Source: a virus (Duplodnaviria; Caudoviricetes). From it: a stretch of 60,805 nucleotides of DNA. The first letter of the stretch is position 1, and each line of letters starts with the position of its first letter. Positions 8,834 to 18,528 of the stretch are shown piece by piece. The translations under genes were made by a program, and so were the position numbers. Location of the stretch: positions 1 to 60,805 of IMG/VR virus record IMGVR_UViG_3300025087_000067; one strand, 5' to 3'. Below the pieces are notes generated by a model, which did no database searches, had not been told where the DNA came from, and saw only the letters and a list, made by a program, of their open reading frames with translations.

Positions 8834-9732
8834 TGGATACTTTGTTAAATGGGCTAGACGTCCGAAACCTGGAGCCTGAACCCGAGGACACGGATCAGGA
8901 CCAGGATCAAGATCAGGATCAAGAGCCAGATCAAGATCAGGAGCCAGCGGGAGACCGCACGAAGGACCGGGAACCCACGGAAGTTGAGCGCCTGGCGCTT
9001 TCCATGAACTGGGACCCGACTTTGGAGAAAACCGCTGAGGAGTTCATTCGCGATCTCGATCAAGTGCATCGGGAGCAGCGCAAACGAATCCGGCAGAAAG
9101 ACCGGCAGCACGAAGCGCAGATGCGGAAGATGCGCCAGCAACTGGATGATATTCAGGGTAACATGCGCAGCCAGCGTGAGGCCGAGCGCGCACGCGAGAT
9201 CCAGAATCTCGAACGCTCCCGCCAACAAGCGTTTGATGAACAGGATGAAGCGGGATTCCGGGAATACGACCGGCGGCTCCGGGAACTGGAGCGCGGTCAG
9301 GCTCCGGGCCAGACTCGCGATAGCCAGTCGCAACAGCCGGAGATCGATCCCCGCGTTCAGGCCTGGAAAGAAAAGAATCCCTGGTACGATTCCGGCGAGA
9401 ACCCGAGGGAAAAACACATGGCGGATGCCGTCTTTAACGAGAGCCTGGAAGCCGGGTTCTCCGTCACGGAGTGCTTGCAAGCGGTCGATGAGGAACTTAA
9501 GTATTTCAGGGGCCTCAATACTCGCGGGGGCCAGAAACCGAAACTCCCGCTTGTCGGCGGTGGCCGCCCTGGATCGAGCTTTAAACCCAGGGGGCATACC
9601 GTCGCGGACCTGCAACGTGATGATCCTCAAGCGTATGAGGTCATGCGCGCGTACGTGAAAGCCGGGACTCCTGATGGGAATGGCAAACCCATGACTCCTG
9701 AAGCGTATATTAAGGATTACTATGATGAATAA
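8833..9732 (+). CDS. capsid scaffolding protein
   Basis: acidic N-terminus, coiled coil, 'WKEKNPWY' motif, position before capsid genes. Confidence 0.75.
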   Translation: MDTLLNGLDVRNLEPEPEDTDQDQDQDQDQEPDQDQEPAGDRTKDREPTEVERLALSMNWDPTLEKTAEEFIRDLDQVHREQRKRIRQKDRQHEAQMRKMRQQLDDIQGNMRSQREAERAREIQNLERSRQQAFDEQDEAGFREYDRRLRELERGQAPGQTRDSQSQQPEIDPRVQAWKEKNPWYDSGENPREKHMADAVFNESLEAGFSVTECLQAVDEELKYFRGLNTRGGQKPKLPLVGGGRPGSSFKPRGHTVADLQRDDPQAYEVMRAYVKAGTPDGNGKPMTPEAYIKDYYDE

Positions 9733-10306
9733 ACCAGTGGCGAGCAACCAGAAACCAGATCCGAGCAACGGAATCACTTTAAGCGGGACCCCCGGTCAGC
9801 AAGCCGAGGTTCCGGTGGTCCAGAACGAAGTTGTGTCCGGGAGTACGCCAGGGCGCGACCCCGACCGTCCGAAATACCGATTGGATGAAGAGCTACTCAC
9901 CGCGCGTCCGCGCGTGATTCCTCTCTTCGTGATTCCGGGTTACAAGACCCATATCGTGGCCTACGACCCGAAGAATCCGGGAAGCGTCCAGCAATGGATC
10001 GAGCACGGCTGGGAAGAGATCATGCCCGCGAATGCCGATCCAAGCCAGGCGGTCGAGGAAAACATTAACCGCGGATACGAAATGACCGGCAATCGCTGCG
10101 CTCTCGGCGGTGGTCTCATCGGTATTCCCATGAAACTACCCGAAAAATACTACCAGCTGAGCATGAGGAAACTCGAGGTTTTGAACGACTCCATGCTCGC
10201 AAATATCGACGGGCGAGGTTCGCTGAAAGAAGAGGCGAACGACGACGAATTTTACGGAACCCGCGAGACTAAAGGCCGCGGGGTCAAAATCACAAGAGCC
10301 CGATAA
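9722..10306 (+). CDS. head-module hypothetical protein
   Basis: between scaffold and capsid genes; 'GW' and 'MKLPEKYY' pattern typical of this slot. Confidence 0.6.
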   Translation: MMNKPVASNQKPDPSNGITLSGTPGQQAEVPVVQNEVVSGSTPGRDPDRPKYRLDEELLTARPRVIPLFVIPGYKTHIVAYDPKNPGSVQQWIEHGWEEIMPANADPSQAVEENINRGYEMTGNRCALGGGLIGIPMKLPEKYYQLSMRKLEVLNDSMLANIDGRGSLKEEANDDEFYGTRETKGRGVKITRAR

Positions 10307-10336
10307 CCCTATGTGGGATCGGGGGAGGATTCAATC

Positions 10337-10939
10337 ATGTCAAACACCAATCGACCCAATGGGTTCACGCCCATCGGTCGCAATGGCGGTGCCTATACCG
10401 GGGAACTCACCCCGTATGCCGTGGCCTCGAACTACGCCACGGAAATCCGCCTGCGCGACCTCGTTAAATTAGCCGGTTCCGCCGATGCCGCGGGACTCCC
10501 CACGGTCGCAAAAGCTGGGGCTACGGATGTCCCGGTCGGTATCGTCTGCGGAGTCGAGAACTCCACGAGCTTGCAATTGGAACGCAAGAGCATCCCGGCC
10601 TCGACCGGCGGAATCGTCTACGTATGCGACGACCCCAACGCATTGGTCGAAGGCCAAATCTCCGGCGCGGTAGCCGCGACCAATTTCGGCCAGACCATGA
10701 ATTTGGTCGATGCCGCGACCACCACTAACGTCAGCGACATGCAGTTCGATTACGATTCGCTCTCGGCTGCGGCCGGAACGTCTGAGGACCGGGTGTTTCT
10801 CTTGGAACGCCTGGTACCGGAACCTGGAAATGAAATGGGCATCTACGCCCGAGTCATCGCAAGCTTCAACCTGCATCAACGCGGTCGCGGCGTTAAAGAC
10901 GCGACTGTTGGCAACGTTGTCGGACAAATCGGCGTCTAG
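10337..10939 (+). CDS. capsid-associated (cement/decoration-like) protein
   Basis: GGAGG SD; 'MSNTNRPNGFTP...VYVCDDPN'; immediately before MCP. Confidence 0.7.
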   Translation: MSNTNRPNGFTPIGRNGGAYTGELTPYAVASNYATEIRLRDLVKLAGSADAAGLPTVAKAGATDVPVGIVCGVENSTSLQLERKSIPASTGGIVYVCDDPNALVEGQISGAVAATNFGQTMNLVDAATTTNVSDMQFDYDSLSAAAGTSEDRVFLLERLVPEPGNEMGIYARVIASFNLHQRGRGVKDATVGNVVGQIGV

Positions 10940-10953
10940 AAGGAGATTGAACT

Positions 10954-11868
10954 ATGCCACCAATTACTACCGGCTCAATGAGCAAACTATTGAAGCCCGG
11001 CGTTCAATCCTTCTGGGGCACCTACAAGGACCTGCCCAAGATTGCACGCCAGATATTCGACGTCCGACGTTCGGGTATGAAATTCGAGGAACTGGTCGAA
11101 TTGATCGGGCTCGGTGCGGCACGCCGCAAGTACGAGGGACAGAGCATCGCCTTCGGTACCGCCGAGCAAGGAAATACCACCACGTTCCTGAACCTCACCT
11201 ACGGCCTGGGATTTATCATGACCCGGGAAATGATCGAAGACAATCAGTACCCGACCGAAGGGCCGCGACGCGCCCAGAGTCTCGCGCGGTCCATGGTCGT
11301 GACTGAGGAGACGCTGGGAGCCAACGTGCTGAATAACGCTTTCAGCAGCTCGTATCTCGGCGGAGACGGCGTCTGCCTGGGTTCGGCGTCGCATATCAAT
11401 TCGGTTGACGGCAGTTTATGGAGCAACCTGCTCTCGCAATCGACCGATTTCAGCGAAGGTGGGATCGAACAGGCCTTGATCGAGATCGACGCCTTCACCG
11501 ACCCCCGGGGCCTACACATTAAAGTCAGCCCCAAACAGCTCGTCGTGCCACCCAGCAAGCAATTCATGGCCCAGAAGATTCTGACCACGATGACCACGCC
11601 CTTTACCGGGAATCTGACGAAGAACATCATCGCCACCCAGAATCTCATTCCCGGCGGTGTCGTGAAGTGGAACTATCTGACCAATTCCGTGGCGTGGTTC
11701 CTCACTACGGACGCCCCGGACGGTCTGGTCATGTTCGTGCGCCGCCCGGTCGAGTTCGGTGCAGATAACGACTGGGATAACGAGAACGCGAAGTATAAGG
11801 CCACGATGCGTATCGTGTTCGGCTGGGCCGATCCGCGCGGAATCTTCTGCTCGGCAGGTATCCAGTAA
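10954..11868 (+). CDS. major capsid protein
   Basis: AAGGAG SD; 'LLKPGV', 'YGLGFIMTREMIEDNQY', 'GGDGVCL.SASH', 'FGWADPRGIF'. Confidence 0.9.
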   Translation: MPPITTGSMSKLLKPGVQSFWGTYKDLPKIARQIFDVRRSGMKFEELVELIGLGAARRKYEGQSIAFGTAEQGNTTTFLNLTYGLGFIMTREMIEDNQYPTEGPRRAQSLARSMVVTEETLGANVLNNAFSSSYLGGDGVCLGSASHINSVDGSLWSNLLSQSTDFSEGGIEQALIEIDAFTDPRGLHIKVSPKQLVVPPSKQFMAQKILTTMTTPFTGNLTKNIIATQNLIPGGVVKWNYLTNSVAWFLTTDAPDGLVMFVRRPVEFGADNDWDNENAKYKATMRIVFGWADPRGIFCSAGIQ

Positions 11869-11885
11869 TGAAAGGAGAGAGAATC

Positions 11886-12653
11886 ATGAAACGATTACCT
11901 ATCCTTGCATTGCTACTCACCACGCTGTTGCTGGGATTCGCGCACGCTGAAGTCACACGATTCCCCGGTGGTGTCAGCACCGGCGATATCGGTAGCCTCT
12001 GGCAGAACTTTACGGTTCCCCAGTTCACGCGCGCGCATACCTACTTCGACGACTTCGATCGCTACAGTGCCGACGACTGGTCGATCACCACGACGGCCTA
12101 TGTCTCGACACCGGGATCGACGCTCAGCGATGCCGATAAAGGCCTTCTGAACACCACAAATGTCAACGGCATCGGTGGCGTGCAGATTCACCAAGGCACG
12201 GCCGAGACCTTCTTGTTTGAAAGTGGCAAGGAACTCTGGTTTGAGGCCCGTGCCTCGGTGGTCAACGTCACGTCATGTACCGCCGTGGTCGGTCTCTGCC
12301 AGACCTCTTCCTACGATTACATCGGCCAGCAGGTGGCTCTGTTCGTGAAACCCCCGACCACGTCCTCGACGCTGTTTGTCGTGCGTGCCGCGGACAACAC
12401 GAGCGCTGCCAGCACGACCGTTGCAACCGGTATCGACACGGTCGCCGAAGCGACGGCCGTGACCTACGGCTTCTATTACAACGGCGTCTCGACCATTACC
12501 TACTATGTCGATGGCGTTCTAACCGGAAGCGTGGTGAACACCACGATGCCGACTCTGGAGGTCGCGCCAACGTTCGGCATTATCTCCGATGTCACGGGAA
12601 GCGCCACGAATCAGCTCAATGTTGACTACATCTTCGTAGCCAAGGAACGATAG
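11886..12653 (+). CDS. post-capsid beta-rich decoration/fibre-like protein with N-terminal signal peptide
   Basis: MKRLPILALLLTTLLLGFAHA|EVTRFPGGV; 'YFDDF' and 'VDYIFVAKER' suggest a ConA-like fold. Confidence 0.7.
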   Translation: MKRLPILALLLTTLLLGFAHAEVTRFPGGVSTGDIGSLWQNFTVPQFTRAHTYFDDFDRYSADDWSITTTAYVSTPGSTLSDADKGLLNTTNVNGIGGVQIHQGTAETFLFESGKELWFEARASVVNVTSCTAVVGLCQTSSYDYIGQQVALFVKPPTTSSTLFVVRAADNTSAASTTVATGIDTVAEATAVTYGFYYNGVSTITYYVDGVLTGSVVNTTMPTLEVAPTFGIISDVTGSATNQLNVDYIFVAKER

Positions 12654-12659
12654 GATAAC

Positions 12660-12694
12660 GGGAGTGGCGTGGCCCTCGCGGTTGCGCCACTCCC
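12660..12694 (+). terminator. strong stem-loop after the capsid genes (terminator or processing site; no U-tract)
   Basis: GGGAGTGGCG...CGCCACTCCC perfect 10-bp stem extended by G-U pairs. Confidence 0.5.
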
Positions 12695-12712
12695 TGATTC
12701 CGGGAGTCGATC

Positions 12713-13033
12713 ATGGCCGGTCTGCCACAGACGCACTACGTGCCCGGAGACGCGAATTACAGCTGTCCGCGTTGCGGGTTCCAAGTCAAGCACTCGACAA
12801 CCAGACGGGAATGGACGAGAACCCGTGTATGTGCCCGGTGCTGGGACCCGATGCCGGTACAGTACAAGCCGGGGTACGGTTATGTCTATAACCGGAATCG
12901 GATACTGGAACCGAGTCCGGAACCCGAACCACTGTACGTCGAGGACATCGTGGCCGCGGATGAACTGGAAGGCATTATCTACCCGGACGATCAATACGTC
13001 GGGACGCCGGATGGCGATAGATTTGGCTGGTAA
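12713..13033 (+). CDS. small Zn-finger protein of the head-tail module
   Basis: CPRCG...VCARCWDP; GGGAG SD. Confidence 0.75.
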   Translation: MAGLPQTHYVPGDANYSCPRCGFQVKHSTTRREWTRTRVCARCWDPMPVQYKPGYGYVYNRNRILEPSPEPEPLYVEDIVAADELEGIIYPDDQYVGTPDGDRFGW

Positions 13034-13035
13034 TC

Positions 13036-13968
13036 ATGGCAACTTCAGGCTCGACCGATTTTAAGATGACGTGTAGCGAGATCGTGCAGGACGCGATGCA
13101 GAAGATTGGTGTCGTGGGAGCCACGGAAACGCCGAGTAACGCCGACATGGATACGGGCCGCAAGGTCCTGAACATGATGGTGAAGGCCTGGCAGAACAAG
13201 GATGTCGGGATGTGGTTCCTACAGGAAGCGAATCTGTTCCTGCAATACGGGCAGCGGGCCTATTCCCTGGGACCATCCGGCGATCACTGCACGCTCTCTT
13301 ACGTGCGGTCCGCGTTAGCGGAAGCGGCTGAAGCCACGGACACGACCCTGTATTTGGATGCCAGCGATATGAGCACCGGGGATTATATCGGCATCGTTCT
13401 GGACGACGGGACCCTGGATTGGAAAACTTTGGATACCACGCACACGGCTACGGACGCGGTCATTACCGAGGGCCTGTCCGGGGACGCGGCTGCCGGGAAC
13501 TACGTGTTTGCGTACAGCACCAAGATTCAACGACCGGTCGATGTTTTGGACGCGCGGTTCGATGTCCTGGATGGGGGCCAGCAGCCGGAGATCGAATTCG
13601 TCAACCGCTCCGATTTTTTCAAACTCTACGACCGGGTCGCGCGCGGTCAATTGATCCGCGCTTACTACGATCCGCAGCTCACCAATTCCCGTATCTGGGT
13701 CTGGCCGACGGCGGATAACGTGAACCATACCGTGAAACTCACACTTCAGGTCCGGGTCGAAGACCTGGACGCATTGACGGACGACATTCAGTTTCCCAGC
13801 GAATGGCTCGAAGCCCTGACGTACAACCTGGCGAAACGGCTCTGCCCGTATTTCCTGAAACCGGTTCCGCCGGACATCGACGAGTTTGCCCGCACGGCCT
13901 TTAACGATGCTTCGATGAAAGACGAGGACAGCTCGCCGTTTAGAATGGGGGTGCGCTGGGATGGCTAG
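13036..13968 (+). CDS. head-to-tail adaptor (P22 gp4 / T7 gp11-like)
   Basis: 'MATSGSTDF', 'LNMMVKAWQN', 'WVWPTAD', 'FPSEWLEALTYNLAKRL'. Confidence 0.8.
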   Translation: MATSGSTDFKMTCSEIVQDAMQKIGVVGATETPSNADMDTGRKVLNMMVKAWQNKDVGMWFLQEANLFLQYGQRAYSLGPSGDHCTLSYVRSALAEAAEATDTTLYLDASDMSTGDYIGIVLDDGTLDWKTLDTTHTATDAVITEGLSGDAAAGNYVFAYSTKIQRPVDVLDARFDVLDGGQQPEIEFVNRSDFFKLYDRVARGQLIRAYYDPQLTNSRIWVWPTADNVNHTVKLTLQVRVEDLDALTDDIQFPSEWLEALTYNLAKRLCPYFLKPVPPDIDEFARTAFNDASMKDEDSSPFRMGVRWDG

Positions 13969-15880
13969 GGCTGTTAAATCCAGTTGGAACATCATGGGCG
14001 GGGCCTATCAAGGCCAGTCCCTGGATGCCAATTCCCAGGAATGTGTGAATCTGTATCTGGAAACGGATCGCGCGGGAGGGCGCACGGCTCTGATCGCCAC
14101 GCCTGGATTGCAGGGGAAATTCATTCTCTACGACGCGAACGGGATTTGCCGGACGCAGGCAAAATCAGGGGCTGGGACTCTCTTGTGTAACGGAGAATTA
14201 TACGGCCAGGGATTCGCCAACGACTTCTATCTCATGGTCCGGTCCACGGGAAACGATTCGGGAGTAACGTTCAGTATCACGGGGATCGATCGCGCCGGCG
14301 CCCAGGTCACGGACTCGTTCTTAGGGTCCGATAGCGGTGTCGCTTACAGCACAGAAACGTTCTATTCCATTGTCAGCATCTCGGTCTCGGGAGCCCTGGC
14401 GGGATCCGTCACGATCGGGGCCTCGGCGCTCGCCACGCTCCCGGCCTGGTTCAGGGGCACTGAAATTCGGTGTCTCAGGGATCTCGACGGCGTGCTCTAT
14501 GCCGTGATTGGGAACCTTCTGGTCTCCATCACGACCGGCGGGATCGTCACGGCCTTAAACGACCATGCGATGAATACCTGGCAAGGGATTGTTACCGCCG
14601 ACGACAACGGCCGTCAGATCATGTTCTGCGACGGAACCCTGCATCTCGCGTATCTCTACGATGCCAGCGACTCGACGTGGACGCGTTTGAACGAGAGCGA
14701 CTACGAGTTTTTGGGTGGGGGCAGCGTCACGTATTTCAACGGCTATTTCCTAAGTCACGAACCCGGAACCAATAAAGTGTATTTCTCAGGATTCACAGAC
14801 GAGTTGTCGGACGGCCTGGTGTGGGACGCCCTGGATTACCTGGAAGCGAATTCCAACAGTTCCGATATCGTCCGGGTCCTGACCGACCGCCGTGAACTCT
14901 GGGTATTCAAGACCGATATCACGGAGATATTTTACAGCACGGGGGATGCTGATGCGCCTTTCGCGCGGCGGCCCGGCGGTTCGCTGGATGCCGGATGCCT
15001 GGCCGTGGGGTCCCCCGTGGTAGCGGACAACTCCGTGTTCTGGCTCGCACACGACAGGACAGTGCGGAGAGCCACGGGGTACAACCCGCAGGTCATTAGC
15101 ACGCCGGGCATCGCGTACCGGATCGGGCAGTACCAGGATGCGAGCGATGCTGTCGGATACTCGTATTCCCTGAACGGGCGCATCCACTACATGCTGGTTT
15201 TCCCCACGGGAGACGATACCTGGAGTTTTGAGTCAGAGGCCGGGAACTGGATACGCCGGGCTTCGTACGTCACGGATACGGATCGAGACGGGCGGTATCG
15301 CGGGAATGCCTACACGGAGTTTAATAACTGGAACCTGGTCGCCGATTACGAGAACGGCATTATTTACGAACTGCGTTCCGATGTCTATACCGAGAACCTG
15401 AAACGCCGGAACTGGCTGAGACGCGCGCAGGTGATTCAGAGCCAGAACAATATGATTTTCTACGGGTCACTGGAAATCGAGTTTGAATCCGGTGTTGGAC
15501 GCTCCACGGGCGTGAGGCTCCAGGATGTGATGGATACCTGGAATGAAGTGCTGACTGGTGAAAGCACGGGCACGGACTACACGGGGGACGGCTCAATCAC
15601 TTTAGACGACGTGACAGCGGCTTGGGCGTTGTACCAGATCAATAGCGCCGGTCCCTGTGCCCAGCCTCGTGCGGCGCTCCGGTACTCGAATGATGGGGGC
15701 CACACCTGGGTCAGCGAAGGGTGGCGTGAGATCGGCAGAACCGGGGAATACAGCCGGGGTGTCCGGTTCGATCGCTTGGGGTCCGCGAAACACCGGGTGT
15801 TCGAGATCCACGGCGGCGATCCGGTCAAAACCGTGATACTGGGCACGACCCTGCGGGCCGAAGGAGGCCTGGACTCATGA
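13961..15880 (+). CDS. tail nozzle / packaged-DNA stabilisation protein (P22 gp10-like)
   Basis: 'QECVNLYLE', 'ISTPGI', 'LRYSNDGGHTW...IGRTGEY...RLG...RVFEI'. Confidence 0.9.
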   Translation: MARAVKSSWNIMGGAYQGQSLDANSQECVNLYLETDRAGGRTALIATPGLQGKFILYDANGICRTQAKSGAGTLLCNGELYGQGFANDFYLMVRSTGNDSGVTFSITGIDRAGAQVTDSFLGSDSGVAYSTETFYSIVSISVSGALAGSVTIGASALATLPAWFRGTEIRCLRDLDGVLYAVIGNLLVSITTGGIVTALNDHAMNTWQGIVTADDNGRQIMFCDGTLHLAYLYDASDSTWTRLNESDYEFLGGGSVTYFNGYFLSHEPGTNKVYFSGFTDELSDGLVWDALDYLEANSNSSDIVRVLTDRRELWVFKTDITEIFYSTGDADAPFARRPGGSLDAGCLAVGSPVVADNSVFWLAHDRTVRRATGYNPQVISTPGIAYRIGQYQDASDAVGYSYSLNGRIHYMLVFPTGDDTWSFESEAGNWIRRASYVTDTDRDGRYRGNAYTEFNNWNLVADYENGIIYELRSDVYTENLKRRNWLRRAQVIQSQNNMIFYGSLEIEFESGVGRSTGVRLQDVMDTWNEVLTGESTGTDYTGDGSITLDDVTAAWALYQINSAGPCAQPRAALRYSNDGGHTWVSEGWREIGRTGEYSRGVRFDRLGSAKHRVFEIHGGDPVKTVILGTTLRAEGGLDS

Positions 15881-16482
15881 GCGCTCCTCTACCGTCCGTT
15901 CCGAATACGCCAGAGATGTTCGACGACAAAGGCCAGATGGTTCCGACCTGGCGCGGATTCTTTGATACCTGGCGCTCGGTTCTGAACCCTATTTACGATG
16001 CGGTCCAGGCGCATTCCGGGAGTATCAGCGACCTGGATTCACTCCTGGGGTCCGTGAAACCCATGCCCGGCGGCGATATCGTGGGGACCACCGACGTGCA
16101 GACCGTCACGAACAAGACGATACAAGACTCCACGATTGACGCCTCGAACGCGATTGATCTTGGTGAAGGGATTACGGTAGTTAATCCTGATGTGCGATGG
16201 AACTACGCATCGCATACCTATACGGCATCGCCCGAGACGTGGACGCTATCTGATACGGAATCGAGTGCCCTATTGCTACTGATTCCCATCGCACTTGCCG
16301 GGGCTAAAATCGTGGCTCCGTATGAAGAAGGACGTGTCTATATCGTGACTAATAATGGTGCCAATGATGTGTGGTTCTGGACCACGGCTGCCCAGACTGC
16401 CCACGTGGTCGTGACGGCGGGTACCAGTATTATTATCTATCATAATGCCACGGCTTATGCCGCTGCGACCGGTACATTCTAA
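15877..16482 (+). CDS. tail needle/plug-like virion protein
   Basis: follows the gp10-like gene; 'WRGFF' N-terminus; 'VGTTDVQTVTNKTI' fibre motif. Confidence 0.55.
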   Translation: MSAPLPSVPNTPEMFDDKGQMVPTWRGFFDTWRSVLNPIYDAVQAHSGSISDLDSLLGSVKPMPGGDIVGTTDVQTVTNKTIQDSTIDASNAIDLGEGITVVNPDVRWNYASHTYTASPETWTLSDTESSALLLLIPIALAGAKIVAPYEEGRVYIVTNNGANDVWFWTTAAQTAHVVVTAGTSIIIYHNATAYAAATGTF

Positions 16483-16955
16483 TGAACGAAGAACGCTTGA
16501 ACGAGATAGCCAGGGAGTTAATGCCGTTGCTCAAGAACGATGCCTGGGCGGTACGGTTCTGCGTGCAGTGGATCCGGGTCTGCCAGTTCTGGGACGATCT
16601 CATTGATAAGGACTGTCCATTCGATAACGCCAGGATTCATCTGTGCATGGAAACGGCGGTTCTGGATATCCCCGAGAATCCATTCTTCCAAGCCCACGCC
16701 CTGCAACTGCTACCGATGATGCGGAACGCCGTGTTGTGCTGGAAAGACAGCAACGATATGGAGCGCCGGGACTCGGAACACGCGCGGGTCCTCGCATTCG
16801 GACTCCGATCCGCGTACACGGAGATACTGAACTATGTGGCGTATCTTGTAGGCGGCATGGACTGGGCCGAAAAAGTGGGACCGGCTCTACGGCTTTTGAA
16901 CGACGAAACGATCCAGGATTACTGGGAGGATCACGACGATGTGCTTCAACGATAA
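16482..16955 (+). CDS. helical DDxxD-motif protein (isoprenoid-synthase-like fold?)
   Basis: 'FWDDLIDKD' and 'PENPFF' motifs. Confidence 0.6.
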   Translation: MNEERLNEIARELMPLLKNDAWAVRFCVQWIRVCQFWDDLIDKDCPFDNARIHLCMETAVLDIPENPFFQAHALQLLPMMRNAVLCWKDSNDMERRDSEHARVLAFGLRSAYTEILNYVAYLVGGMDWAEKVGPALRLLNDETIQDYWEDHDDVLQR

Positions 16956-17598
16956 TACCGCTAAGGCGGCTGGAAAAGCCAAAAAAGAATATAAAAAAGC
17001 CATGGAGGAAATTCGTGGCTGGCTCTCCCCCTTCGTGACCGGTGGTCAAGCAGGATTCGAGGAGTTCGTGCGCCGGGCCTTTGCCGGTCCCGGAGAATTC
17101 ACGGCATCGCCGGGATACGAATGGGCCAAGAAAGAGGCTCTGGATTCCCTGAACGCCAAGGCGTACGCCAGCGGTACCGGGGGCGGCGCGCTCCAGAAAT
17201 CACGGATGCGGTACGCTGAAGGGCTGGCTAGCCAGGAATACGGGAATTGGTTGAACGAACATTATGCGTCTTTAAATCCTTTCATGCAGATATCGCAGAT
17301 CGGCCTCAATGCCGCGAACCAACTCAGCGGGTTTCGGCAGAACACGGCACAGGGCGTGGCCAACATGCTCCTGACCCAGGGGCAGGCGAAGGACGCGAAT
17401 ACGATGGGTTGGCTGAATACCGGGATAGGTCTTGCAGGGCTGGGTCTTGGAGTTGCCGGACTTGCCAAAGCCGCTCCGGCAGCCGCCGCTACGACTACGG
17501 GCGGTGGGTTGAATAGTGCTTTTGCGCTTCCGGCCAATAGCGGGATATCGAACTTCACGCCACAGTTTTCACAGAATATCGGCCCCTCATTATTCTAA
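16939..17598 (+). CDS. DNA-ejection protein (P22 gp7-like)
   Basis: starts Met-Cys; 'SPGYEW', 'GLASQEYGNW', Gly/Ala-rich hydrophobic C-terminus. Confidence 0.8.
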   Translation: MCFNDNTAKAAGKAKKEYKKAMEEIRGWLSPFVTGGQAGFEEFVRRAFAGPGEFTASPGYEWAKKEALDSLNAKAYASGTGGGALQKSRMRYAEGLASQEYGNWLNEHYASLNPFMQISQIGLNAANQLSGFRQNTAQGVANMLLTQGQAKDANTMGWLNTGIGLAGLGLGVAGLAKAAPAAAATTTGGGLNSAFALPANSGISNFTPQFSQNIGPSLF

Positions 17599-17610
17599 CA
17601 GGAGTCCATC

Positions 17611-18528
17611 ATGCCTCAGTATTTTACAGGATTATCGCCAGAGCAATACACGGCCCCACTCTCCGCGTACGTCGAGGGGCGCAAGGCGCGGCAGGATATT
17701 CGTCTCGGTGAGAACCGCGTGAAATTAAGCGACTTGACCACCAAGTGGATGGAGGAGGACCGGCCCTACGAGGTCGAGAAGCTGAAGCGGGATAAAACGC
17801 TTGGGGATCAGCAAGTCACACTCGGCGGGCTCGGCTTGAAACAAGCCGGGCGTGAAGAAGAAATCGGTGCCTCCACGTTCGAGAAGCAGAAAGAATACGC
17901 GATCAATCTCCTGGAATCCCGGCTATCGAAACTCAATACCGATCAGAAAGCCGAAACCATTGCCATGTACGGAGACGCTGCCGGAATGTTGCAGAAAGCC
18001 TTGCCGTACATGGAAAAACTCGAACAGTACAATAATTTTGTGGACAAGATCAATGGTTTTATCGGCGACACGGGATTACCGACGTTTCAGAACTTCTCGG
18101 GGACACCCGAGGAATTTCCAACATTCAGAGACAGTCAGAATAAATTGATCTCCGAGGTTGGAGCACAGTTTCAGAAGTACGTGAAGCAGACCGACTACAT
18201 GACCGGGGCTTTGAAGACTCGGGAGGCGAATAAGACGGCGGAGATGAAGAAGCGTGGGGGCCAGGGCTCAGCGCCGAAAGCAGAAGACACGGTCAAGCAG
18301 CCGACCGTGAGCGAGCGGGCTTCGGCGCTCAGGCTGGCGAAGGATGAACTGACTCTCGATCCGCAGGTTCTACCCACAAAGGAAGATATCGAACGTCGCG
18401 CCCTCGAAATTCTTCAGGACCGATACCCGAATTGGAACCCCAAGGGCGTTCGGGTTGGCGGCAAAACGGAAGAACAACAATTGGCCGATGAGGATTGGCG
18501 CACCTGGAAAAAGCCACGGGGTATGTAA
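17611..18528 (+). CDS. internal virion / ejection protein (gp20-like slot)
   Basis: AGGAG SD; helical; lies between the gp7-like gene and the large protein. Confidence 0.6.
   Translation: MPQYFTGLSPEQYTAPLSAYVEGRKARQDIRLGENRVKLSDLTTKWMEEDRPYEVEKLKRDKTLGDQQVTLGGLGLKQAGREEEIGASTFEKQKEYAINLLESRLSKLNTDQKAETIAMYGDAAGMLQKALPYMEKLEQYNNFVDKINGFIGDTGLPTFQNFSGTPEEFPTFRDSQNKLISEVGAQFQKYVKQTDYMTGALKTREANKTAEMKKRGGQGSAPKAEDTVKQPTVSERASALRLAKDELTLDPQVLPTKEDIERRALEILQDRYPNWNPKGVRVGGKTEEQQLADEDWRTWKKPRGM

Noticed and set aside
6667-9777. Long minus-strand ORFs (303, 206, 307 aa) opposite portal and scaffold
   Set aside because: Antisense shadows of GC-biased genes with no motifs
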